From Minisyncoccia bacterium (GTDB lineage: Bacteria > Patescibacteriota > Minisyncoccia > Phycocordibacterales > GWA1-40-21): 58,041 nt of DNA. The position numbers were made by a program, and so were the translations under genes. Shown one piece after another: positions 32,363 to 39,841 of this stretch; positions within the stretch are counted from its first letter, which is position 1, and each line of letters begins with the position of its first letter. The stretch is taken from contig JBIIYK010000001.1 of assembly GCA_044346845.1 (NCBI GenBank), positions 1 through 58,041 on the forward strand. The letters are read 5' to 3'. The notes below the pieces were generated by a model. The model was not told where the DNA came from and searched no databases. It worked only from the letters and a program-made list of their open reading frames with translations.

Positions 32363-33915
32363 CCAGAGAATTCAAGCAGAAGACATCGTTAAAATATAAA
32401 TTACTTTTAGGTTTTATTCCGGTTGTTATATTTTTATGTTTATTTGTTTTTTACGCCATATCTTTAAACAACAATATAAATTCTTCTTTTTCAAGAATAA
32501 ATAACAGTTTCAACCATCTTACAGATATTTCAAACTTGAGTAATACTGTAAAGAGCCTTTCTGAAGTTGCTAAAGCTTATGTAAACACTAATGATTCAGG
32601 TTGGGAAAAGCAATATAATGATCTTTTGTTTATTTTAAACAAATCATTAGAGGAGTCCCTTGCCTCAGAGAGTTCTAAGGAGGGCAGGTCGGCTTTAGAG
32701 GAATTTAAGAAGATAACAAATAGCACACAAAAAACTGAACTCTCGGCCATTCAAGGGGTTAAAACCGGAGATTCTAATGGAGCAAAATATCTTTTTGATT
32801 CTAGATATGCTAATGATATCCTCTTATCTTCCAAATTACTTTATACTTTTATAAATGCGGAAAGTGATAATGTTTCTCATGAGATTGGTATAAATCAAAA
32901 TTATTTAGTTATACAGATTGTGTTGTTTATTTCTTTTGCTGTTTTATTTTTATTTATCACTCTCCTTATCATAGTTAGATTGCTAAACGGAAATATTTTA
33001 CAACCGCTAGAAAAATTAGCTGAGACAGCTAAAGTCATTGCTGATGGGAATATGTCTTCACGTGCGGAAATTGTTAATTTGGATGAAGTGGGAAGTCTTG
33101 CCAATGATTTTAATGTTATGGTTGCCAGGCTTGAATCCTCACACGCGGTTCTTAGTATGACGGTAGATGACTTGAGTAAGGCCAATAAAGAATTGAAAAA
33201 AATAGATAAGATGAAGTCTGATTTTGTTACTATAGCCGCTCATCAGCTAAGAACCCCTTTGACGGGTATAAAGTGGTCTCTGACGGCTATATTAAATGGT
33301 GACATGGGACCAATTGGTGATAACCAAAAAGAATACTTGAAAGGGGCGGTAGAAAGCAATGAGAGAATGATAAATACCGTAGAGCAGATTTTAAAAATGG
33401 ATAATCTCCAGGCTGGTATTATAGAAATTAAAGATGATTATACGGATTTAGTAATTACTTTGAACAGCGTTCTTTTTGATATTTACCCGCAAGCTGCCAG
33501 AAAAAAAATAAAATTAAATTTAAATTTTGATAAAAAGGAAAAATTAATGGTTAATATAGATCAAGAATCATTAAGAGTGGTGCTGCAAAATTTACTTGAA
33601 AATAGTGTGTTGTATTCAAATGAAAAAGAAAATATTAATGTTACTCTTAAGAAGGAGGAGGGGAGAGTTATATTTTCAGTTTCAGACTTTGGTATCGGGA
33701 TTCCCGAGGGTGAGAAGAAAAATATTTTTACTAAATTTTTCAGAGCCACTAATGCCATCAAATATTATGCCAACGGTTCTGGTCTTGGGCTCGTTGTTTC
33801 TAAAAATATTGTAGATAGGCATGGAGGAAAAATGTGGTTTGAGAGTAAAGAGGGGGCGGGAACCACGTTTTTTGTCTCTTTGCCAACGGAAGAATGGGTC
33901 AAGCCAAAAAAGTGA
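32359..33915 (+). CDS. sensor histidine kinase with extracytoplasmic region, HAMP linker and HisKA/HATPase core
   Basis: Two TM segments, a HAMP-like region, H-box AAHQLRTPLTGI, and N/G boxes NSVLYSN, DFGIGI and GSGLGL. A GTG at 32332 is an alternative start. Confidence 0.8.
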   Translation: MTREFKQKTSLKYKLLLGFIPVVIFLCLFVFYAISLNNNINSSFSRINNSFNHLTDISNLSNTVKSLSEVAKAYVNTNDSGWEKQYNDLLFILNKSLEESLASESSKEGRSALEEFKKITNSTQKTELSAIQGVKTGDSNGAKYLFDSRYANDILLSSKLLYTFINAESDNVSHEIGINQNYLVIQIVLFISFAVLFLFITLLIIVRLLNGNILQPLEKLAETAKVIADGNMSSRAEIVNLDEVGSLANDFNVMVARLESSHAVLSMTVDDLSKANKELKKIDKMKSDFVTIAAHQLRTPLTGIKWSLTAILNGDMGPIGDNQKEYLKGAVESNERMINTVEQILKMDNLQAGIIEIKDDYTDLVITLNSVLFDIYPQAARKKIKLNLNFDKKEKLMVNIDQESLRVVLQNLLENSVLYSNEKENINVTLKKEEGRVIFSVSDFGIGIPEGEKKNIFTKFFRATNAIKYYANGSGLGLVVSKNIVDRHGGKMWFESKEGAGTTFFVSLPTEEWVKPKK

Positions 33916-33931
33916 TTGCCTGCTTCAGCTA

Positions 33932-33959
33932 TTGACTTTCCAGTATTATTTGCTATAGT
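33932..33959 (+). promoter_or_regulatory. sigma70 promoter TTGACT-N16-TGCTATAGT of the GC-rich two-gene operon
   Basis: TTGACT at 33932-33937 and TGcTATAGT at 33951-33959. Confidence 0.6.
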
Positions 33960-33975
33960 TTTAAGAGAAACGGAA

Positions 33976-33997
33976 GGAGGTAAGTAACCTCCTTTTT
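33976..33997 (+). promoter_or_regulatory. leader hairpin plus T-run (attenuator-like) just downstream of the promoter
   Basis: GGAGGT-AAGTA-ACCTCC followed by TTTTT. The stem buries an SD-like GGAGG. Confidence 0.45.
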
Positions 33998-34031
33998 GGT
34001 TGGTTTTTGACAACAGAGAAAGGAAAGTGTT

Positions 34032-34409
34032 ATGAAGAGTACTGAAAACGGTAGTGTGAAGCAGGTGGTTTGGGGTATCTCTATTTTGTTTGTGGTATTT
34101 TTTGGGTCACTTTTTGCGCTTGAGGTTTGCGTTAAGGTGGATCCGTTACCGCCCGATACAGTTACTAAAACTGTGGCGGTCACGAACCAGGTCGCAAATA
34201 CGAATGGTTTGGATGAGGTGGTTCACCGGAATACTGCTTCGGGGTATCAAGGTGGCCGGGTGATGGTCATAGCCGATCTATCTTCAGCCTTAAATTTAGC
34301 CAAGAGGAAATCCTCGGAGGCTGATCGAAGGGCGAGGAATGGAGAAGGTGATGATGCTTTTAATTTCAAAACAGAGGAGGTGTTCTCAAGTTCAAGTACG
34401 AATCAGTAA
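34032..34409 (+). CDS. GC-rich signal-anchored protein of unknown function
   Basis: 125 aa. TM segment VVWGISILFVVFFGSLFAL. Purine-rich SD-like AAAGGAAAG upstream. Confidence 0.5.
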   Translation: MKSTENGSVKQVVWGISILFVVFFGSLFALEVCVKVDPLPPDTVTKTVAVTNQVANTNGLDEVVHRNTASGYQGGRVMVIADLSSALNLAKRKSSEADRRARNGEGDDAFNFKTEEVFSSSSTNQ

Positions 34410-34465
34410 TGGGTTGGGGTGGAAAGATTTAGAATGGAAGATTAAAAAAACAAAGGGAGATACGA

Positions 34466-35488
34466 ATGAAGAAGATTGTGATGGCGATGCTGTTGGTTCT
34501 TGGTTTGGTTCAAGCGGGCCTGGCCCTGACGGAAGAACAGCGCTATCGGCGCTACGTGGTGTCCGCGATCGAGGAGGTCATTAACGGTGGTGCCTTGAAG
34601 GGGCAAATCTACGAATCAATCCCGGGCCAGAACTGGCCTCAGGAACCGAAGATGATCTCCTTCGGTGACTACTTCAAGAACGGGAGGGCCCAGGCTTTGA
34701 TGGACTGCGATGTGAGCTGGTATCAAGGTTGGGCGACTTGGAATAATTTGTCCAACGTACGGCTTTTTAGAAGTCAGTACATGGAGCAAACCTACATTAG
34801 CGCCGGCCTGCAAACAATGCCATTCATTATGAAGGTTGAGTCCGCTCGACTGATGAAGTTGAATGTACAAGGAGCTCTTCTTAATGATGGTGATGAACTT
34901 TGGTTTAACGGTGCGCGAGTTTATCAGAACGAAGCGGGCATCTGGCAGGTCTATGCCTACAAACCCTGGAACCTCATTGGCGCGGAAGTTGAAGTGGTTT
35001 GGACTGGGCGCGGTGGCTGGAGGATTCAAATGGATGAAAATTCATTTAGCGGGGTCATTAACTTGAATACCGCCCTCATGGATCAGACCCTCTTGGCCCC
35101 GACCAAGCTCAAGGCCATTTCATTCCTTGCCGAAGGTTCGGAATTGGAAGAAGGATTGGTGCGGTATACCGGCCGATCCTATGATGCGGATCTGGGATGT
35201 ACGGTGCTGAACTTGCAGTCCTTGTTCGATAAGGACATGAAGGAATTCACTTTGGTCCTGCGTGGTTTGGATGAACAATCCGGCCAGATGGTGAACTACT
35301 ACACCGTCTGCCTGCAGGATGTGGGCGATGACTTCATGGTGCCCTTGGGCGATACATATATTCGCCCGTGGACCGAAGTGAAGGTTTACCTCATGGATCC
35401 CCGGACTGGCGACTACATGCAGAAACGGCTGGATGCCCAGGATCTGTGGCGGGACGTGCCGGTGAACGTTGTGACCCCCATGAAGTAA
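34466..35488 (+). CDS. GC-rich secreted protein of unknown function
   Basis: 340 aa. Cleavable-type signal peptide MKKIVMAMLLVLGLVQAGLA. SD AGGGAG 7 nt upstream. Hand count gives 62% GC at 34501-34560. Confidence 0.7.
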   Translation: MKKIVMAMLLVLGLVQAGLALTEEQRYRRYVVSAIEEVINGGALKGQIYESIPGQNWPQEPKMISFGDYFKNGRAQALMDCDVSWYQGWATWNNLSNVRLFRSQYMEQTYISAGLQTMPFIMKVESARLMKLNVQGALLNDGDELWFNGARVYQNEAGIWQVYAYKPWNLIGAEVEVVWTGRGGWRIQMDENSFSGVINLNTALMDQTLLAPTKLKAISFLAEGSELEEGLVRYTGRSYDADLGCTVLNLQSLFDKDMKEFTLVLRGLDEQSGQMVNYYTVCLQDVGDDFMVPLGDTYIRPWTEVKVYLMDPRTGDYMQKRLDAQDLWRDVPVNVVTPMK

Positions 35489-35522
35489 CGTCCTTTCTCG
35501 ATGAGTTGAACAGAAGCAGTGT

Positions 35523-35562
35523 GACGGTCGGGGATTTGTGAGATCCCTGGCCGTCTTTTTTT
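35523..35562 (+). terminator. intrinsic terminator of the GC-rich operon
   Basis: 13-bp stem GACGGTCGGGGAT/GATCCCTGGCCGTC followed by TTTTTTT. Confidence 0.8.
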
Positions 35563-35577
35563 GTCTAAATTTTAAGG

Positions 35578-35606
35578 TTGCAAAATAATCAGTTTTGTAT
35601 TATACT
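35578..35606 (+). promoter_or_regulatory. sigma70 promoter TTGCAA-N17-TATACT for rpmG
   Basis: Consensus-like hexamers at optimal spacing. Confidence 0.55.
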
Positions 35607-35657
35607 CTCTGCACGTTTGGGAATTTCATATTTTCAGATTTAATATAAATTTAAACC

Positions 35658-35816
35658 ATGTCACAAGTACAATTAATCAAATTAGCCTGCAAAACCTGCA
35701 AGAGAACTAATTATTATTCTAGAAAGAATAAAAAGAAAGTTGAACGCAAGATCGAGCTTAAAAAATTCTGTAAATGGTGTAAGAAAAATACCGTTCATAA
35801 GGAATCTAAGAAATAA
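35658..35816 (+). CDS. rpmG: 50S ribosomal protein L33
   Basis: My own translation: MSQVQLIKLACKTCKRTNYYSRKNKKKVERKIELKKFCKWCKKNTVHKESKK (52 aa, below the track cutoff). It has the CxxC...CxxC zinc ribbon typical of L33. Confidence 0.85.
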   Translation: MSQVQLIKLACKTCKRTNYYSRKNKKKVERKIELKKFCKWCKKNTVHKESKK

Positions 35817-35859
35817 CTAAAAATAAAAATCCTCAATTCGAGGGTTTTTATTTTATCGG

Positions 35860-35930
35860 CGGGGGATGTAGGAATCGAACCTACACTAAAGCGTTTGGAG
35901 TGCCTTGTGATACCATTTCACTAATCCCCC
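35860..35930 (-). tRNA. tRNA-Trp (CCA), CCA end not encoded
   Basis: Reverse complement folds as GGGGGAT-TA-GTGA-AATGGTA-TCAC-A-AGGCA-CTCCAAA-CGCTT-TAGT-GTAGG-TTCGATT-CCTAC-ATCCCCC-G. Confidence 0.85.
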
Positions 35931-35979
35931 TACTTGGAAAATACTAGCATAAATTAAGTTTTTAATAAACCTCTTAAGA

Positions 35980-36915
35980 TTACACTAGAAATTTAGTTAC
36001 TGCTTTTGAGATTTTTACCAGACTAGATTTATGAAGGGGGTTAAACCAAATTATGGCTTTATCAGTCTGTTTATTTAAATGGTTACGTCTAAACCAGGTT
36101 TTTTGTCTTCTGGCATATTGCCAGATTTTATTATTCAGCTCAATGATCATTTGATCCAAAGAAATTTTTCCTGATAAATGACGTGACATGTAACGATATT
36201 CTAAACCCAAATTCTCCATTCTCTGCCAGCTGATACATTGTTTATGAAGTTTGAGCCCCTCCTTTAACATTCCCAGGTCAATTCTTTTTAGTAATCTTAT
36301 TTTTATTCTCTCCTTTAGGAGTGTGTCAGGGAGTATGAGGCCTATCTCCATGGTGTTATAAAGTGGTTCAGATTTTATTGCTGGGACAGAACCTAAGGCG
36401 GTGGCTATTTCTATGGCGCGGATTACTTTCCTTTTATTTTGTTTATCTATTTTATCAGCTGAATTAGTATCTAGTTTCTTCAGAATTTTTAATAATTCCT
36501 CACAATCTTTTTTTTCTAGTTTTTCTCTTAATTTAAGATTAGGCAGAACGTCTGGCAGGGTAGTATTATTTACCAAGGCATCAATGTAAAAACCGGTACC
36601 GCCACAGATGATAGGTAATTTATTTCTTTTTAAAATATCGGTAATTATTTTCTGGGCCTTAACTTTATATTTTGAAACATTAAAAATAGAATTTGGTTTT
36701 ACGATGTCTAACATGTAATGCGGGACACCCCTCATCTCTTCCTTGGTAATTTTCCCCGTGCCTAAATCCATACCTTTATAAACCTGCCTAGAGTCAGCTG
36801 AAACCACTTCACCATTATATTTTAGGGCCATTTCTACCGCTAAGTCACTTTTGCCAGTGGAAGTGGGACCAAGAATTACCAACACTTTTGGTTTAGTGTT
36901 TAGAATATTTTTCAT
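35980..36915 (-). CDS. miaA: tRNA dimethylallyltransferase
   Basis: 311 aa. P-loop GPTSTGKS and DSRQVYKGMDLGT. Confidence 0.9.
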   Translation of the reverse strand: MKNILNTKPKVLVILGPTSTGKSDLAVEMALKYNGEVVSADSRQVYKGMDLGTGKITKEEMRGVPHYMLDIVKPNSIFNVSKYKVKAQKIITDILKRNKLPIICGGTGFYIDALVNNTTLPDVLPNLKLREKLEKKDCEELLKILKKLDTNSADKIDKQNKRKVIRAIEIATALGSVPAIKSEPLYNTMEIGLILPDTLLKERIKIRLLKRIDLGMLKEGLKLHKQCISWQRMENLGLEYRYMSRHLSGKISLDQMIIELNNKIWQYARRQKTWFRRNHLNKQTDKAIIWFNPLHKSSLVKISKAVTKFLV

Positions 36916-36916
36916 G

Positions 36917-36997
36917 TGCCGGAGGAGAGACTTGAACTCTCACCCCTTACGAGACACGATTTTGAGTCGTGCGCGTCTACCATTCCGCCACTCCGGC
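36917..36997 (-). tRNA. tRNA-Leu (CAA), long variable arm, CCA end not encoded
   Basis: Reverse complement folds as GCCGGAG-TG-GCGG-AATGGTAG-ACGC-G-CACGA-CTCAAAA-TCGTG-TCTCGTAAGGGGT-GAGAG-TTCAAGT-CTCTC-CTCCGGC-A. It abuts the miaA start codon. Confidence 0.85.
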
Positions 36998-37108
36998 ATG
37001 TAAGGATGATTCTAGCTTATTTTCTTTAAAAAATAAAGGAGTTGTTCTTTCTAAAAAAGGAATTTATATGTTAGAATGGACTAACTTAATAATAATTTTA
37101 AAATACAT

Positions 37109-38125
37109 ATGAGCCAATTTTTCAGTGATTCCATATTTTGGGTAGAGATAGGTAAAGTTCACCCTAACCCTTTTCAGCCTAGAAAAGAGTTTGAAGAGAG
37201 CAAGTTGAAAGATTTGGCAGATTCTATTCGTCAATATGGTATTTTACAGCCAATGGTGGTGACTAGAAAGGAGGTGGTCAAGGAGGATGGTGGTCTGACT
37301 ACAGAATATGAACTTATCTCCGGTGAAAGACGTTTACGTGCTTCTAAAATTGCCGGCCTATCACAAGTCCCAGTTTTGATTCGTGATCAAGAAGAGAGTG
37401 ATCAGTTAAAATTAGAATTAGCTATTATTGAAAATCTACAAAGAGAAGACTTGAATGCTGTTGATCGAGCTAAAGCCTTTCAACAATTAGTTGATCTATT
37501 TCACTTTAAACACGCTGATGTGGCTAGACGGGTTGGTAAGAGTAGGGAGTATGTTTCTAATAGTTTAAGAATCTTGTTATTACCTCCAGAAATGCTTACT
37601 GCTTTGTCTGAAGGTAAGATTTCTGAGGGCCATACCAGACCTTTGCTTATGTTGACTGATCGAAAAGAGGAACAGCTGGTGTTGTTTAAAGAAATGCTTT
37701 ATCGAAAAATGTCTGTACGTGAAGCTGAAATGACAGCTAGAAAAATAGCCGTAGAGCGAGTCAGAAAGTTTGAACTTCTACCAGATCCAGAGATATCAGA
37801 ATTAGAGGAAAAATTAGCTAATACTTTTGGTGCCCGCGTGCACATTGAAAGAAAAGAAAGAGGCGGAAAAATTATGATTGATTTCTTTTCTAATGATGAT
37901 CTTCGCTCTATCCTTGAGGTGGTATCCAAGTCTAATAAACAGGATTTAGGGGCCAATAGTCTATTAAATAGGCACATTGCTAAAAATGAGGGAGGTTTAG
38001 ACACTGAAAAAACAGATTTAACAACGCAGATAGAGGAACCAGCATTACTCGATGATCGGTCTCAGGAAGAAAAAAAAGAGGAGGAAGAACAAGATCTTTA
38101 TTCAGTAGATAACTTTACTGTTTAG
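37109..38125 (+). CDS. parB: ParB/Spo0J chromosome partitioning protein
   Basis: 338 aa. ParB box GILQPMVV, ELISGERRLRAS, an HTH region, and an acidic C-terminal tail. No parA is adjacent. Confidence 0.85.
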   Translation: MSQFFSDSIFWVEIGKVHPNPFQPRKEFEESKLKDLADSIRQYGILQPMVVTRKEVVKEDGGLTTEYELISGERRLRASKIAGLSQVPVLIRDQEESDQLKLELAIIENLQREDLNAVDRAKAFQQLVDLFHFKHADVARRVGKSREYVSNSLRILLLPPEMLTALSEGKISEGHTRPLLMLTDRKEEQLVLFKEMLYRKMSVREAEMTARKIAVERVRKFELLPDPEISELEEKLANTFGARVHIERKERGGKIMIDFFSNDDLRSILEVVSKSNKQDLGANSLLNRHIAKNEGGLDTEKTDLTTQIEEPALLDDRSQEEKKEEEEQDLYSVDNFTV

Positions 38126-38126
38126 T

Positions 38127-39620
38127 TTACTCAGTTTTGATATTAAGTGCTTGCTTAATAAATTTTTTGGCCATGCCAGTCTTGGCGTATTCCAGCCATT
38201 TTCTATTTGGTTTGGCTGATTTTTTGGTGATAATTTCTACTTGATCACCATTTTTTAATTCCGCATGAAGAGGGGAGATTTTATTATTTACCATAGCACT
38301 AGAAATGTGATTACCAATGTCCGAGTGGATAGCGTAGGCAAAATCAATTACAGATGAGCCAATGGGTAGATCCATCACATCTCCTTTGGGTGTAAAGATA
38401 AAAATCCTTTGTCCAAAAAAATCTGTTTTTAAGTCTTGAAGCATTTCTGTGCCATCGGAATTCTTTTGGGATTCAGCTAGATCTTTCATCCAAGCCGGAG
38501 CACTTTGATTGGCGCTTTGACTCTGGAAAAAATTATTCAAGGATTTAGGTAAGAATTGACTAAACCAATTCATTTCTTTATTTTCGTTATTTTTTGAATC
38601 TTTGTAGGAAAGATGAGAGGCAATACCGTACTCAGCTTGTTTGTGCATTTCATGGGTACGAATCTGAACCTCTACTACGGAGCCATCACCGGTAAAAACA
38701 GTGGTGTGAATGCTCTGATAACCATTTAGCTTTGGCATGGCAATATAGTCTTTTATTCGTCCTGGTATTGGCCGGTATTTATTATGAATTATACCCAAGG
38801 CTTTGTAACAATCAGCTACGTTATTTGTAAAAATTCGTAGTGCTAAAATATCATAAATGTTTTCAATATCTCCATCTTTTTTTATAATTTTCTTGCTTAG
38901 ACTATAAAGACCTTTTTGACGGTAGTCAGTATTGATATCAGTCAGTCCGTTTTCGGCCAAAGCCCTCTTTACTGATTTCATGAATTTTTCTAATCTAGGC
39001 AAAGTCTCTTCCTTTTTCTGTTTCATTAATTCTTTTACCTCAGCATATTCTTTAGGGTAGACATAAGGAAAAGAAAGGTCTTCTAATTCGCGAGATAATT
39101 TACGTATAGAGAGGCGGTAGGCAAGTGGAGCAAAAATTTCCAAAGTTTCCAAGGCAATTCTCTTCTGTTTATCTGGACGTACGTATTCTAGAGTGCGCAT
39201 GTTATGCAGACGATCACAAAGCTTGATAATGATGACGCGGATATCTTGGGCTGAAGCCACAAACAGTTTGCGAAGACTTTCAATGTGTCTTTCTGCACCG
39301 CGGTATTTTAACTTACCCAGTTTAGTTACGCCGTTCACTAGGAATAGTATCTCGTCTCCAAATTCTGCTTTAATTTTTTCTTCTGTTAATACACCATCTT
39401 CAATTGAGTCATGTAAAAGGCCGGCTGAGATAGCCATGGGGTCCATTTTAAATTCTGCTAAAATTTTAGCTGTTTCAAAAACGTGATTAAAATATGGCTC
39501 ACCAGATTTTCTGGTGACTCCACTGTGTGCTTCCTCTGCCATATTATAAGCCTTAGTAATTAAGGCTATATCTTCCGGTGTGGGGGAATCTATTAGGTCT
39601 GTGATGTCTTTAACGGTCAT
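38127..39620 (-). CDS. relA: bifunctional (p)ppGpp synthetase/hydrolase, RelA/SpoT homolog
   Basis: 497 aa. HD hydrolase motif LLHDSIEDG, synthetase motif DYIAMPKLNGYQSIHT, and a C-terminal TGS domain. Confidence 0.9.
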   Translation of the reverse strand: MTVKDITDLIDSPTPEDIALITKAYNMAEEAHSGVTRKSGEPYFNHVFETAKILAEFKMDPMAISAGLLHDSIEDGVLTEEKIKAEFGDEILFLVNGVTKLGKLKYRGAERHIESLRKLFVASAQDIRVIIIKLCDRLHNMRTLEYVRPDKQKRIALETLEIFAPLAYRLSIRKLSRELEDLSFPYVYPKEYAEVKELMKQKKEETLPRLEKFMKSVKRALAENGLTDINTDYRQKGLYSLSKKIIKKDGDIENIYDILALRIFTNNVADCYKALGIIHNKYRPIPGRIKDYIAMPKLNGYQSIHTTVFTGDGSVVEVQIRTHEMHKQAEYGIASHLSYKDSKNNENKEMNWFSQFLPKSLNNFFQSQSANQSAPAWMKDLAESQKNSDGTEMLQDLKTDFFGQRIFIFTPKGDVMDLPIGSSVIDFAYAIHSDIGNHISSAMVNNKISPLHAELKNGDQVEIITKKSAKPNRKWLEYAKTGMAKKFIKQALNIKTE

Positions 39621-39741
39621 AATAACAGTATAGACCCTACTTTCAGTTTCAGCAAATAAAAATATTTAAGAGATTTTAGCTATTTTATCTGGTCTGTGGT
39701 TTGGGCAGGTTTTAACTGAACATCTTTCGGGGATAGTTTTA

Positions 39742-39832
39742 GGTCATGAATAATTCTTCGTCGTCACTCAGAATTTTCTCGACCCCGGCTCGCGATTCGG
39801 CCTGCTGACCTCATAACGCTCCGCCTCACAAA
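39742..39832 (-). ncRNA. GC-rich structured element D (same family as E and I) between topA and relA
   Basis: The 39-mer at 39787-39825 is the reverse complement of 27578-27616 with 3 mismatches. The conserved GCGAGCCGGGGTCGAG is followed by the hairpin AATTCT...AGAATT. Confidence 0.4.
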
Positions 39833-39841
39833 AACAATTGT

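Noticed and set aside
28590-35488. Diversity-generating retroelement or retron as an explanation for the GC-rich ORFs and nearby ncRNA-like sequence
   Set aside because: There is no reverse transcriptase ORF in the window. By eye I found no template/variable repeat pair (near-identical segments differing at A positions).
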